Shown piece after piece: positions 46,086 to 56,401 of a DNA stretch of 64,000 nucleotides. Within the stretch, counting starts at the first letter, position 1, and each line of letters opens with the position of its first letter. Source of the DNA: Thermoleophilales bacterium (lineage in GTDB: Bacteria; Actinomycetota; Thermoleophilia; Solirubrobacterales; 70-9); contig JBEIRY010000001.1 in the NCBI GenBank assembly GCA_040375675.1, positions 3,543 to 67,542 of the forward strand. The letters are read 5' to 3'. The notes beneath the pieces were generated by a model. It was not told where the DNA came from. It was given only the letters and a program-made list of their open reading frames with translations, and searched no databases. Both the position numbers and the translations under genes were made by a program.

Positions 46086-47221
46086 TGGATGACCTCGCGA
46101 GGGACTCGCTGGCCTATTCCGACCGTAACCTCGTAGTTGATCGTTCCGAGATGATCTGCGAGCTCCTGAGCGGTGATCTCGTCATCCCCTTGCTTGCCGA
46201 GCAGAACCACCTCATCTCCAACTTCCACTTTGGAATCCGGACCCAGATCGATCGCGATGTTGTCCATCGACACGGCACCGATCACAGGCGCCCGACTACC
46301 ACCAACCAGAACATCGGCAAGACCGCCGAATGCACGGCGGTAACCGTCTCCGTAGCCCACTGGACAGATAGCCACCTTGGTAGGGGAATCTGCGGTCCAC
46401 TTCCTTCCATACCCGACCGAGTCGCCAGCCTGAAGCTCTTTGATCGCACCGATGCGTGAGACGAGGCTCAAAGCAGGCTCGAGCCCGAGGGCCCTCGGGT
46501 CATCTCCATATGGAGAGAGACCGTAGATGGCAATTCCGCAACGGACGAAATCAAAGTGAGAGCCAGACTCGGATAGGGTCGCGCCACTGTTTGCAGCGTG
46601 AACCAGACACCCCGGCTGCAAGCTGCGCGCAATCGCGACGCTGTCAGAGAATCTCTCCATCTGCTCTTCGAGATACGGATCCCCGATCTCGTCGGCAGTT
46701 GCGAAATGAGTCCAGAGTCCAGCCAGCTCGAGGTCTTCATCTCGAGCCGCCGAGCTGAGTAGCTCGGACACCATCGCCTGATCGGTTTCGCCGAGTCGCC
46801 CCATGCCGGTGTCGTGCTTGACATGGACCCTCAGGGGCTTGCCCCGCTCGGCCCCGATCGCCTTACAGGCGTCGAGAAAGCCCTTCGTCCACACTCCTAC
46901 CTCGGCATCGATCGCAGCCGCTCTGGCGAGCTCATCGGGGCTCATTGCACCGAGGACTATCAGCGGGACATCTCCAGCCTCAGGTACCGCAGCAAGGATC
47001 TCCTCTGCCTCACCTGCAGTTGCAACAGCGAGTCTGGCGGCCCCACCCCGAAGCGCAGCTCTCGCCACCTCGGCGGCACCGTGTCCGTAGGCGTCGGCCT
47101 TGACCACTGCGCACAGCTCTGACCCACCAGCGAGCTGATCGATGATCGCGCGACAGTTTCCTTCGATCGCAACAGTGGAGATGCGGGCAAGAATTCTCTG
47201 CCCAGATGCAGCCTCGCTCAT
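46082..47221 (-). CDS. alr: alanine racemase
   Basis: 379-aa ORF with the PLP-Lys motif AVVKADAYGHGA. Confidence 0.92.
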   Translation of the reverse strand: MSEAASGQRILARISTVAIEGNCRAIIDQLAGGSELCAVVKADAYGHGAAEVARAALRGGAARLAVATAGEAEEILAAVPEAGDVPLIVLGAMSPDELARAAAIDAEVGVWTKGFLDACKAIGAERGKPLRVHVKHDTGMGRLGETDQAMVSELLSSAARDEDLELAGLWTHFATADEIGDPYLEEQMERFSDSVAIARSLQPGCLVHAANSGATLSESGSHFDFVRCGIAIYGLSPYGDDPRALGLEPALSLVSRIGAIKELQAGDSVGYGRKWTADSPTKVAICPVGYGDGYRRAFGGLADVLVGGSRAPVIGAVSMDNIAIDLGPDSKVEVGDEVVLLGKQGDDEITAQELADHLGTINYEVTVGIGQRVPREVIQ

Positions 47222-48732
47222 CTGCTCAGACCTCCTGGTATCTCCTCCAGTACATCACTGGCGATTACGGAATCGACTCCAATGCGTTTGGCAGCGGCGA
47301 TTCCGGCTCGAGCATGGGCTTTGACCGCTACGCAGGCAGATTCGAAAGGATCGAGTCCTCGGGCGAGCATCGCGCCGATCATGCCCGATAGAACATCACC
47401 GGTGCCAGCGGTGGCAAGTGCGGGGGTCGAGTACGGATTTATCGCGACCTTCTCGCCATCGGTAACGATCGTGTCGTCGCCTTTGAAGACGACTACCGAG
47501 CCGGAAAGCCTCGCCGCCTCCATGGCGCTCTCCAGTCGATGCTCGGATACCTGTGCTGAATCAGCCTCGAGGAGACGAGCCAACTCGCCAGCGTGAGGGG
47601 TAAGAACCGTCGCCTGTCTCCTGTCAGAAAGCAGTCCGAGCTTGCCGGAAAGTGCCTGGAATGCATCGGCATCGACCACCAGGGGTGCGGAAAAACGTGG
47701 CAGGAGATTCCTCGCCAGGCGCTCGAGCGACGGCTCGCGACCGAGCCCGGGCCCGAAGACGATGGCGTCTGCCCCTTCGCAAGCGGCAATCATCTGTTCC
47801 TCAGCCGCGCCTCTGAAGAACCCTTCCCGGGAGGGACAGCCAACCGACATCACCTCGGTCAGCTTGATCTCGAATATCTGTGCGAGCTCTGCGGGCACAA
47901 CAACCGTGGCGTAGCCGGCGCCGCTTCTTACTGCAGCCGTTGCGGACATGCAGACCGCTCCAGTGAGACCGCGGGACCCACCGCAGATGACCACCCGTCC
48001 AGAAGTGAACTTGTTCGATTCAGAGCCGCGAGCAGGAGGGGCGGCGAGTACACGGTCCGAGATCAGACCAGCGTAAGGATCTGCGGGCGCATCGTCCGGT
48101 ATGCCGATGGGGGCGACCACGAGATCTCCACAGACCCACTTTCCGGGAGCGATCCAGTGGCCGAGCTTCGAGAGGTGGAAGGTCACCGTGGCATCCGCTT
48201 TGACCGCCTCTCCCACTATCTCCCCAGTGCTTGCGTTGACACCGGATGCGATGTCAGCGGAGACGACCGAGGCGTTCGAATCGTTGAGCGACGAGATCGC
48301 AGCGGCAGCGGCATCTCGCGGTTCGCCGGCAAAGCCCGTTCCGAAGATCGCATCGACTGCAACCTCAGCGTCTGAAAGCAGCGCTCCGATCCTTCCGTCG
48401 GCGACCTCTACGACAGGGCCGAGGCGGTCCAGATTGACCTGGGAGTCAGGGGTGATTCCCTCAGTACCACCGACCAAGACCGTCTCGACCTGATGGCCTC
48501 TCTCACGCAACACGCGCGCAGCAACCAAGCCGTCGCCCCCGTTGTTTCCCTTGCCGCAGACCACGAGGATTCTCTTCTCCGAACCGGCGAGACTCGCCGC
48601 CCTCTCGGCCAAAGCCATGCCTGCGGTCTCCATCAACTCGAGTGAGGAGATACCCCTGTCCTCGATCGCCCAGCGGTCGTCCTCGCGCATTTGCGCGGCA
48701 TCGAGGCAGGGATCGAGCCATTCAGCGGTCAC
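47218..48732 (-). CDS. nnr: bifunctional NAD(P)H-hydrate epimerase / ADP-dependent dehydratase
   Basis: 504-aa ORF. It has the YjeF_N motif GKGNNGGDG and the C-terminal carbohydrate-kinase motif GTGDVLSG. Confidence 0.85.
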   Translation of the reverse strand: MTAEWLDPCLDAAQMREDDRWAIEDRGISSLELMETAGMALAERAASLAGSEKRILVVCGKGNNGGDGLVAARVLRERGHQVETVLVGGTEGITPDSQVNLDRLGPVVEVADGRIGALLSDAEVAVDAIFGTGFAGEPRDAAAAAISSLNDSNASVVSADIASGVNASTGEIVGEAVKADATVTFHLSKLGHWIAPGKWVCGDLVVAPIGIPDDAPADPYAGLISDRVLAAPPARGSESNKFTSGRVVICGGSRGLTGAVCMSATAAVRSGAGYATVVVPAELAQIFEIKLTEVMSVGCPSREGFFRGAAEEQMIAACEGADAIVFGPGLGREPSLERLARNLLPRFSAPLVVDADAFQALSGKLGLLSDRRQATVLTPHAGELARLLEADSAQVSEHRLESAMEAARLSGSVVVFKGDDTIVTDGEKVAINPYSTPALATAGTGDVLSGMIGAMLARGLDPFESACVAVKAHARAGIAAAKRIGVDSVIASDVLEEIPGGLSR

Positions 48733-48759
48733 CTGAGACCAGCCTAGGACGAAAGTGCC

Positions 48760-49149
48760 TCAGTGCGTGGTAGACGAAGCCCGAACCAAGGCGACTGCGC
48801 CGGCCATATCCCTGGAATGGGTTAGTGAGACCGATACGTCGAGCCCCCTGGCGAGCGCTATCTCCGAGGCCCGGCCGCTCAATTCGACGCGGGGAGCGCC
48901 CGAACCATCGATCCGGATCTCTACCTGGGAAACCGGCACACCACGCTCGCCGATCGCCTTCACTACCGCTTCTTTGGCGGCAAACCGCGCTGCCAGATGC
49001 CTTCCGGGCCTGACACGCTCATTCGAGTAGGCAAGCTCTCCAGAGCTGAAAAGGCGCTCAGCCAGAGCCGGGCGGCGATCGAGAGCGGCCTCGACCCGAT
49101 CGATCTCGATCAGGTCGATACCTATCCCCTCTCCAGAAACAGGATCCAT
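48760..49149 (-). CDS. acpS: holo-[acyl-carrier-protein] synthase
   Basis: I place the start at the internal ATG (MDPVSGEGIGIDLIEIDR), immediately after the glmS stop. The FAAKEAVVKA motif is present. Confidence 0.85.
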   Translation of the reverse strand: MDPVSGEGIGIDLIEIDRVEAALDRRPALAERLFSSGELAYSNERVRPGRHLAARFAAKEAVVKAIGERGVPVSQVEIRIDGSGAPRVELSGRASEIALARGLDVSVSLTHSRDMAGAVALVRASSTTH

Positions 49150-49151
49150 AT

Positions 49152-51029
49152 CTATTCGACGGTCACTGTCTTGGCGAGATTGCGTGGCTGATCGACATTC
49201 ATCCCGTTGAGGCGAGCCACGTGGTAAGCGAGCAACTGGAGGGGAATTATCGCGAGGATGGGCTGAAGGATCCAATCGGTCTCGGGGACGAAGACCGTCT
49301 CGTCTGCGACATCGGAAACCTCGTCGAAGCCGCGTGTCGCAACCGCAACCACATCGGCGCCTCGAGCCCTGACCTCCTCGACATTGGAGAGGATCTTCCC
49401 CAGGACCGGGCTTTCGGTGGCGACGCAGATAACCGGTGTCGACTCATCGAGCAAAGCGATCGGCCCGTGTTTCATCTCGCCAGCCGCGTAGGCATCGGCC
49501 GGGATGTAGGAGATCTCCTTCAGCTTCAGGGCTCCCTCGAGGCAGATGGGCAGGCCGATATGACGCCCCAGGTAGAGGAAGAAGCGTCGGTGTCGCTCGC
49601 GCTCGGCTATCGAGAGAACCTTGTCGTTGGTCTCACGGATCGTCTCGTCGATCAACGATGGCAGGCGCTTCAGCCCTGCGACCAACTCATTGTTTCGCTC
49701 CTCGCTCAGAGTGCCGCGAATCTCGGCAAGCCAGAGTCCGAGCAGGTACATGCAAGCGACCTGGCTGACGAAGGTCTTGGTTGCAGCGACCCCTACCTCG
49801 AGTCCGGCCCTGGTGAACAGGACGGCGTCTGCGTCTCGAGTCGCCTGACTTCCCATGATGTTGGTAACTGCCAGGACCTTTGCTCCGCGCTCACGCGCGA
49901 GCCTCATTGCCGCAAGCGTGTCGGCGGTCTCTCCCGACTGGGTGATCCCGATAACGAGATCGTCGTCGTTTACGACCGGATCGCGATATCGGTACTCGGA
50001 GGCGATGTCCATCTCTACCGGCACGCGCGCCCAGGATTCGATTGCGTAGCGCCCCACCAAACCGGCGTGGTAACTGGTCCCGCAGGCCACGATCACGATC
50101 CGTTTGATCGACTTGACGAAATCTTCCTCAAAACCGAGTTCCGAGAGATCTACAGCGTCGGCCTCGTGCAGGCGGTCGGCGATCGTTTCGGCAACGGCGT
50201 CGGGCTGCTCGTGAATCTCCTTCAGCATGAAAGTCTCGAAGCCCTCCTTCTCCGCTGCGGCCGCATCCCAGGTCACCTCATCGGTCTCGCGAGCGACCTC
50301 GTTACCGTCACCATCGAAGATCCTCGCTGTGCCTGGACCCAGCGTCACCACCTCGCCGTCTTCGATGCTCAGCGCGTTTCTCGTCTCGGCAAGGAAGGCC
50401 GGAATAGCCGAGGCAACGAAGGTTTCCCCTTCACCAAGCCCCACGATGAGCGGACACTCCTTGCGGGCAGCGACTAACTCGTCAGGGTTAGCCGAAGACA
50501 TCGCCACGAAAGCGTAATGACCCCTGAGATCGCCAAAGGCGGCCCGCACTGCAGCAGTCAGATCGCCGTCGTAGTGACGTTCGATCAAGTGAGCGACTAT
50601 CTCGGCATCAGTCTCTGAGCTGAACGAGTGCCCCTGTTCAGCCAGTTCGCGGCGCAACTGCGCATGGTTTTCGACGATGCCGTTGAGCACGATCTGTATC
50701 TCCCCGCGGCAGTCGGAGTGCGGATGAGTGTTCTCCTCTGTGACGCGCCCGTGGGTTGCCCATCGGGTATGGGCGATACCTGTGCCGGCATCCGCCAGAG
50801 CCGTAGTGGTTGCTACCGCGCCTCCATCGGCTTTTGCCGACATCTCGCTGTCCACGGCGGCGCGAAGGTTGGCGAGATTGCCGACTGCACGGACACTTTC
50901 GATCACGCCATCGGAGCCAAGCAGGGAGAGACCTGCGGAGTCGTAACCGCGATATTCAAGGCTCTCGAGACCGGCAAGGAGCAGATCCCTACAGGGGCGT
51001 GGCCCCACATATCCGACTATTCCGCACAT
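49152..51029 (-). CDS. glmS: glutamine--fructose-6-phosphate aminotransferase (isomerizing)
   Basis: 625-aa ORF with N-terminal MCGIVGYVG, two SIS domains and a C-terminal LAKTVTVE. Confidence 0.97.
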   Translation of the reverse strand: MCGIVGYVGPRPCRDLLLAGLESLEYRGYDSAGLSLLGSDGVIESVRAVGNLANLRAAVDSEMSAKADGGAVATTTALADAGTGIAHTRWATHGRVTEENTHPHSDCRGEIQIVLNGIVENHAQLRRELAEQGHSFSSETDAEIVAHLIERHYDGDLTAAVRAAFGDLRGHYAFVAMSSANPDELVAARKECPLIVGLGEGETFVASAIPAFLAETRNALSIEDGEVVTLGPGTARIFDGDGNEVARETDEVTWDAAAAEKEGFETFMLKEIHEQPDAVAETIADRLHEADAVDLSELGFEEDFVKSIKRIVIVACGTSYHAGLVGRYAIESWARVPVEMDIASEYRYRDPVVNDDDLVIGITQSGETADTLAAMRLARERGAKVLAVTNIMGSQATRDADAVLFTRAGLEVGVAATKTFVSQVACMYLLGLWLAEIRGTLSEERNNELVAGLKRLPSLIDETIRETNDKVLSIAERERHRRFFLYLGRHIGLPICLEGALKLKEISYIPADAYAAGEMKHGPIALLDESTPVICVATESPVLGKILSNVEEVRARGADVVAVATRGFDEVSDVADETVFVPETDWILQPILAIIPLQLLAYHVARLNGMNVDQPRNLAKTVTVE

Positions 51030-51089
51030 CGCTTGGAAGACAGGGTAATAGCCACCCCTGCCACCAGCGGCAGGCGGGGTTCACCGTGC

Positions 51090-52400
51090 CTAGGAAAGCT
51101 CCGATTCGGCGACTGCCACCAGGCGATCGAGTAGTTCCTCGCAACGATCTTCACTCGGCGCCTCGACCATGATCCGCACCAGAGGCTCGGTTCCTGACTT
51201 CCGCACGAGCACACGGCCCTCGCCCGCGAGCTCGGACTCGACCGCCGCTACCTCTGCCCAGAGCAACTTCGCGTCGTCGACTGCGCCGGGATCGGAAACC
51301 CTGACGTTGCGCAGGCCCTGCGGCAGCCGCCCGAATGACTCGGCAGCCGCCAGCGGCTCGCCGTCGAGCGCGCTCAGCAGCAACAGGGCCGCAGCGATGC
51401 CGTCTCCGGTAGGCGAAAAGCGACGCCAGATGATGTGCCCTGACTGCTCTCCGCCGAGTTGCCAGTCGCGCTCATTGAGCGCTGCGGCAACATGCCTGTC
51501 GCCAACCGACGTCTCGGTGATCTCTATTCCGGCCTCGTCCATCGCCTGGCGAAACCCGAAATTGGTCATCACGGTCACCGCTATTCCTCCTCCGAGCTCA
51601 CCTGAATCGGCGAGAGAGGTGCCGACTATCGCGAGGATTTCGTCACCGTCGTAAACCCGCCCCGAACCATCCACCGCAACTACCCGGTCTCCATCGCCAT
51701 CGAAGGCGAAACCGATAGCGGCAGCGCTTTCGACCACGGCAGCCGACAGTGCCTCGGCATGCTGCGAGCCGCACTCTGAGTTGATGTTCCTGCCATCCGG
51801 TTCAGCGAAGATCTCCACTACCTCTGCCCCGAGCTGGCGAAAGGCCTCGGGTCCGGCGTGGAAGGTGGCACCGTTCGCACAGTCGAGCACCACCTTGAGG
51901 CCAGTGAGATCCAGAGGAAAAGCAATACCCAGCTCGCGCAGATAGTCGCCCAGACCTCCCTCCAGCTCGATCACCCGACCGATCGCATCCGTCTCGGTTG
52001 GGTTCGATCCGCTTACCAAAGCCTCCATCCTTGCCTCGGCATCATCGGGGAGCTTCCCTCCGTCGGGGCCGAAAAACTTGATCCCGTTGTCTTCGTACGG
52101 ATTGTGCGACGCCGAGACGACTGCACCGAGATCGAGTCCCAGCTTTCGGACGAGTACCGAAGCAGCTGGTGTGGGGAGCACGTCGGCGAGTATCGCGTCT
52201 CCCCCTCCCTCGCAGATTCCAGCGGCAAGCGCCGAAGCGAGCATCGGCCCGGACTCACGCGTGTCGCGCACGATGAGTACACGTGGGCGATCGGAGTCGG
52301 ACCCGAGTGCAGCAGCGCGGCCGAGTGAAGTTGCGAGTTCGGCGGTGAGAAACTCCCCGGCCTTCCCCCGGACACCGTCGGTGCCGAAGAGACCCGGCAC
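51090..52400 (-). CDS. glmM: phosphoglucosamine mutase
   Basis: 436-aa ORF with FGTDGVRG and the phosphoserine motif SASHNPYEDNGIKFF. Confidence 0.95.
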   Translation of the reverse strand: MPGLFGTDGVRGKAGEFLTAELATSLGRAAALGSDSDRPRVLIVRDTRESGPMLASALAAGICEGGGDAILADVLPTPAASVLVRKLGLDLGAVVSASHNPYEDNGIKFFGPDGGKLPDDAEARMEALVSGSNPTETDAIGRVIELEGGLGDYLRELGIAFPLDLTGLKVVLDCANGATFHAGPEAFRQLGAEVVEIFAEPDGRNINSECGSQHAEALSAAVVESAAAIGFAFDGDGDRVVAVDGSGRVYDGDEILAIVGTSLADSGELGGGIAVTVMTNFGFRQAMDEAGIEITETSVGDRHVAAALNERDWQLGGEQSGHIIWRRFSPTGDGIAAALLLLSALDGEPLAAAESFGRLPQGLRNVRVSDPGAVDDAKLLWAEVAAVESELAGEGRVLVRKSGTEPLVRIMVEAPSEDRCEELLDRLVAVAESELS

Positions 52401-52402
52401 GA

Positions 52403-53122
52403 TCAGCGCTTGGAAAACTGCGGGCGCTTACGCGCCTTCTTCAGACCGGCCTTGCGACGCTCCTTGACGCGAGCATCCCGGGTGAGCATTCCGCGCCGCT
52501 TCAGCTCCTGACGAAGCTCGGGGTCGATCTCGCAGAGGGCTCGAGCGATTCCATGGCGCACCGCAGATGCCTGTCCCGAGATGCCGCCGCCGTGAACACG
52601 AACCCGCACATCGACATTGCCGTCGTATCCGGTCTGGGTAAGTGCCTGCATCGCAACCGTACGAAGATAGGGACGGGGGAAGTACTCCTCGAGCGGGCGC
52701 TCATTCACCTTCACATCTCCTCCGCCCTGGCTGAGGATCACGCGAGCAACCGAGGACTTGCGCTTACCGGTGGCCATGAATCGAGCATCAGCTGAAATCG
52801 TGGCTGGCTTGACCTCTATCGGCTTGTTACGAGCTTCGAGCTGAGCCTCGCGTTCAGCCTGCTCCTCGGCCTCTGCCTCGGCACGGGCACGCTCTTCAGC
52901 ATCCATCTCTGCCTCAGGCTCTTCGATCGCGATCGGGTCGAGCTCGGCCCCGGGGACGGTCTCCTTCTTCTCTTCCTTTGAAGACCCCTTCTTGCCGGCG
53001 TCCTTCTTCGGTTCAGGCGTCGGCGTATCGCTGCCGCCGGACTTCTCTGCGGACTCCGGCTGCTGGGCTTCGTTTGACTCGGGAGCCTCTTCGTTGCCGG
53101 GCTTCTGTGGTTCGTCGCTCAC
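52403..53122 (-). CDS. rpsI: 30S ribosomal protein S9 with ~112-aa acidic/Lys-rich N-terminal extension
   Basis: The C-terminal 125 aa form a complete S9 core ([10 protein letters not shown] ... [12 protein letters not shown]). The GTG start overlaps the rplM stop (GTGA). An internal ATG at 52777 is an alternative start. Confidence 0.9.
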   Translation of the reverse strand: MSDEPQKPGNEEAPESNEAQQPESAEKSGGSDTPTPEPKKDAGKKGSSKEEKKETVPGAELDPIAIEEPEAEMDAEERARAEAEAEEQAEREAQLEARNKPIEVKPATISADARFMATGKRKSSVARVILSQGGGDVKVNERPLEEYFPRPYLRTVAMQALTQTGYDGNVDVRVRVHGGGISGQASAVRHGIARALCEIDPELRQELKRRGMLTRDARVKERRKAGLKKARKRPQFSKR

Positions 53123-53553
53123 GCTTCGATCTCCATCTCGGTGGGGGATTGTGCCTGATGTGGATGCTCTGGACCCGCATACACCTTCAGCTTGGTCAAC
53201 TGCTGTCGAGAAAGCCTGTTACGGGGCATCATTCCCTTGACCGCCTTGCGGATTACCTCCTCCGGCTGACGGTCGAGCATCTCCGAGAGGGTCCGGGAAC
53301 GGATTCCACCCGGATAGCCGGAATGTCGCCAGTAGCGCTTGTCACTCAACTTCTTGCCGGTTACGCGGATCTTCTCCGCGTTCACGACGACGACGAAATC
53401 GCCTACGTCTACATGCGGTGTGTAAGTGGGCTTGCGCTTTCCGCGCAGCAGATCCGCGATCTGGGTCGCAAGACGCCCTAGGGTCTTGCCCTCGGCATCG
53501 ACCACAACCCAAGTGCGGTCACGATCAGTATTTGTCGCCTGATAGGTCTTCAT
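53119..53553 (-). CDS. rplM: 50S ribosomal protein L13
   Basis: 144-aa ORF that matches the L13 pattern ([25 protein letters not shown]). Confidence 0.96.
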   Translation of the reverse strand: MKTYQATNTDRDRTWVVVDAEGKTLGRLATQIADLLRGKRKPTYTPHVDVGDFVVVVNAEKIRVTGKKLSDKRYWRHSGYPGGIRSRTLSEMLDRQPEEVIRKAVKGMMPRNRLSRQQLTKLKVYAGPEHPHQAQSPTEMEIEA

Positions 53554-53740
53554 CTAAAAGAGGCCACTCCAGACCGGCTCTTGGGCCGGACAGGCGCGGC
53601 TGCGCGATGATAGCCGCCTCAGCCGTATGCCGCAGGCGTGGAGGTCACAGACCGCAAGCCTTGGCCCACACTGACAGCTCGACAGAAATGGAAAGATGGC
53701 GCCGGAGCACTCCTGTAGCCTCTCGATTGCAAGGCTCAAT

Positions 53741-53905
53741 CACTTGGAATCGAGTTTCAGGTGAGCGGGGGAACCACTCAGGTACCGAGGCCTTAGGAAG
53801 TCTTATAGAGGTCTCGAAGGTACCCGGGGCGAATCGCATGGATAGACAGATGCGTAGCGCCAACTTTTCGGCGCGAGCCCGACAGCTAACCCCGTCGGTC
53901 ACAGA
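53741..53905 (+). promoter_or_regulatory. ydaO/yuaA-type cyclic-di-AMP riboswitch in the 5' leader of the M23 peptidase gene
   Basis: Three conserved blocks appear in the correct order: AATCG..GAGCGGGGGAACCA, then GGGGCGAATC, then GAGCCCGACAGCTAACCCCGTCGG. They correspond to the B. subtilis ydaO blocks GAGCGGGGGACCCA, GGGGUGAAUC and ACCCGUCAGCUAACCUCGU. The element ends 3 nt before the GTG start. Boundaries are approximate. Confidence 0.75.
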
Positions 53906-53908
53906 AAA

Positions 53909-54766
53909 GTGGATTCGATCAAAAGAAAAACCGAGATTTCGAGAAAACTCCGTGCAGGAACAGCCGGCGTAATTGCCCTGCTCTGCCTCGCAGCGGGATC
54001 GGCGAGTGCTTCTGCTGCTGGCGTGATCACGCCAGGGGAACCCAGCATCAGCGACGCAACCTGTCTGAGCAAGTGCATCAAGACGCGGATCGGCGTAGTC
54101 GGCTCGACCGTGAAGATCACCGGAGACGACCTCGGTCAGGTCGAGACAGTTTCCTTCTCGACAAAGAACGGGGAGCGGATCACGGATAAATCACCGACTG
54201 TCCGTCAAGACGGAGTAGTGCTCTCAAAGGTGCCCGAGGGCGCTGCCAGCGGCACCATAAGGGTGATCGATTCATATGACCAGAAGGCCGACTCCACGGT
54301 CGTATTCAAGATCGGGACCAAGAAGGATCTGGCTGACGCGCAATCGGGCTGGATCTTCCCCGTGCGCGGCCCCCATACCTACGGCGACGGAATCGGCGCA
54401 GACCGCGGCGACCACAGCCATCAGGGACAGGATGTCCTTGCAGACTGCGGGACCAGACTGGTTGCCGCAAGGGGCGGGAAGGTCGAATACAACGCCTACC
54501 AAGCCTCCGGCGCCGGCTACTACCTCGTCATCGACGGAGCCGAAACCCCTTACGACTTCGTTTACATGCACCTCGCCAAGCGGTCCCCAGTCAAGGAGGG
54601 TTCGACCGTCACCACTGGACAGAAACTCGGTGTGGTTGGAACCACCGGATCCTCATCGGCCTGCCATCTCCACTTCGAGGTCTGGACAGCTCCTGGTTGG
54701 TACAACGGCGGCACCTTCAGCAAATCGGTAACCAAGATGCTCAAGGAATGGGACAGCTTCTCCTGA
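53909..54766 (+). CDS. secreted M23 family metallopeptidase
   Basis: 285-aa ORF with a signal peptide (AGVIALLCLAAGSASASA). It has the HQGQDV and ACHLHFEVW LytM-type motifs. Confidence 0.85.
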   Translation: MDSIKRKTEISRKLRAGTAGVIALLCLAAGSASASAAGVITPGEPSISDATCLSKCIKTRIGVVGSTVKITGDDLGQVETVSFSTKNGERITDKSPTVRQDGVVLSKVPEGAASGTIRVIDSYDQKADSTVVFKIGTKKDLADAQSGWIFPVRGPHTYGDGIGADRGDHSHQGQDVLADCGTRLVAARGGKVEYNAYQASGAGYYLVIDGAETPYDFVYMHLAKRSPVKEGSTVTTGQKLGVVGTTGSSSACHLHFEVWTAPGWYNGGTFSKSVTKMLKEWDSFS

Positions 54767-54793
54767 TTCCGGATTGCCTGCTGGGAGTTGCAG

Positions 54794-56401
54794 TCACTCC
54801 CACTCGATAGTTGCCGGCGGCTTCGATGAGACATCTAGGGCTACGCGGTTGACTCCGGGTACCTCGTTGATGATCCGGCTGGAAACCTTCTCGAGCAGGT
54901 CGTAAGGCAAGCGAGCCCAGTCGGCGGTCATCGCATCGTCTGAGGTGACAGCCCGGATCACGATCGGGTAGGCATAGGAGCGCTCGTCCCCCTGCACTCC
55001 GACCGACCTGACTGCCGGCAGTACACAGAAAGACTGCCAGAGAGTTCGGTAGAGATCGGCAGAGCGAACCTCCTCTTGGAGAATTGCGTCGGCCTCTCGC
55101 AAGATGTCGAGACGCTCTCGGGTTACCTCTCCTCCCACGATCCGAATGCCAAGACCTGGGCCTGGGAACGGCTGGCGCCAAACGAAACGCTCGGGCAGGC
55201 CCATCTCGGCTGCGACTGCTCTGACCTCATCCTTGAACAGGGTCCTCAGCGGTTCGACCAGATCGAATTCGAGATCCTCGGGCAGGCCACCGACGTTGTG
55301 ATGCGACTTGATCGTGGACGCCGCATGGCCGTCACCGCCTGATTCGATCACATCCGAGTAGAGAGTCCCCTGAACGAGATAGTCGGCGTCGGCGATCTTC
55401 GCGGCCTCTTCCTCGAAGACTCGGATGAACTCTTCGCCGATGATCTTGCGCTTGCGCTCAGGCTCAGTCTCGCCCTCGAGCTTCTCGAGAAAGCGCTCCG
55501 AGGCATCGACGTGGATCAGTGGAACCTGGAGCTGGTCACGGAAAGCGGTGACGACCTGCTCGGCCTCATCCTTGCGCATCATCCCGTGGTCGACGAACAC
55601 GCAGGTCAACTGTTCTCCTATCGCCTTGTGGACCAGTAGTGCCGCAGTTGCCGAATCAACACCTCCGGAGAGTCCGCAGATCGCATGACCATTTCCCACT
55701 TGAGCGGCAATAGCCTCGACCTGCTCGGAAATCACCGACGCCGGCGACCACTCTTCTGTGCACCCGGCAATATCTCGAAGGAATCTGGTCAGGATCTCGG
55801 TGCCGTAGGGGGTGTGCACCACCTCCGGGTGGAACTGGATTCCGTAGAGACCTCGCGCGGGGTCTTCACACGCGGCAACCGGGGATTCAGGACTAGAAGC
55901 CAGGGCGGTAAAACCCGGGGGCGGCTCGAAAACAGTGTCCCGGTGGCTCATCCAGCACTGCTGCTCTGTCGGTGTACCGGCCATCAACCTGCCTGGATCG
56001 AGCAACTCCAGCGCGGTTCGTCCGAACTCACCTGATTCGGCCTGCTCCACCCGTCCACCGAGCTCATGGACCATCAGCTGCATCCCGTAACAGATGCCGA
56101 GCACCGGAATTCCGAGCTCGAGCAGCTCTGGGCGCAGAGCGGGGGCGCCGTCTGCATATACCGAGGCTGGCCCGCCCGAGAGAACGAGCGCCTTTGGCTT
56201 ACGGGACTCGATTCGTTCGACCGGTACATCGTGCGGCAGCAGTTCACTGAAGACACCACACTCGCGAATGCGGCGCGCGATCAACTGGGAGTACTGACCC
56301 CCGAAATCAAGAACGAGAACTTCCTCGTGCGAGGAGGAACCGGCGAGGCCCGGGTCCGCATCCGCGCCAGCCGTGGCGGCGGGAGCGGAGCCCTCAGTCA
56401 T
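54794..56401 (-). CDS. guaA: glutamine-hydrolyzing GMP synthase
   Basis: I place the start at the internal ATG (MTEGSAP..), which overlaps the guaB3 stop by 8 nt. It has the GATase Cys context ICYGMQL, the ATP-PPase motif SGGVDS and the C-terminal ATIEWE. Confidence 0.93.
   Translation of the reverse strand: MTEGSAPAATAGADADPGLAGSSSHEEVLVLDFGGQYSQLIARRIRECGVFSELLPHDVPVERIESRKPKALVLSGGPASVYADGAPALRPELLELGIPVLGICYGMQLMVHELGGRVEQAESGEFGRTALELLDPGRLMAGTPTEQQCWMSHRDTVFEPPPGFTALASSPESPVAACEDPARGLYGIQFHPEVVHTPYGTEILTRFLRDIAGCTEEWSPASVISEQVEAIAAQVGNGHAICGLSGGVDSATAALLVHKAIGEQLTCVFVDHGMMRKDEAEQVVTAFRDQLQVPLIHVDASERFLEKLEGETEPERKRKIIGEEFIRVFEEEAAKIADADYLVQGTLYSDVIESGGDGHAASTIKSHHNVGGLPEDLEFDLVEPLRTLFKDEVRAVAAEMGLPERFVWRQPFPGPGLGIRIVGGEVTRERLDILREADAILQEEVRSADLYRTLWQSFCVLPAVRSVGVQGDERSYAYPIVIRAVTSDDAMTADWARLPYDLLEKVSSRIINEVPGVNRVALDVSSKPPATIEWE

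Noticed and set aside
51030-51089. Possible glmS ribozyme upstream of glmS.
   Set aside because: The glmM-glmS intergenic gap is only 60 nt, far shorter than the ribozyme core, and no conserved ribozyme blocks are visible.
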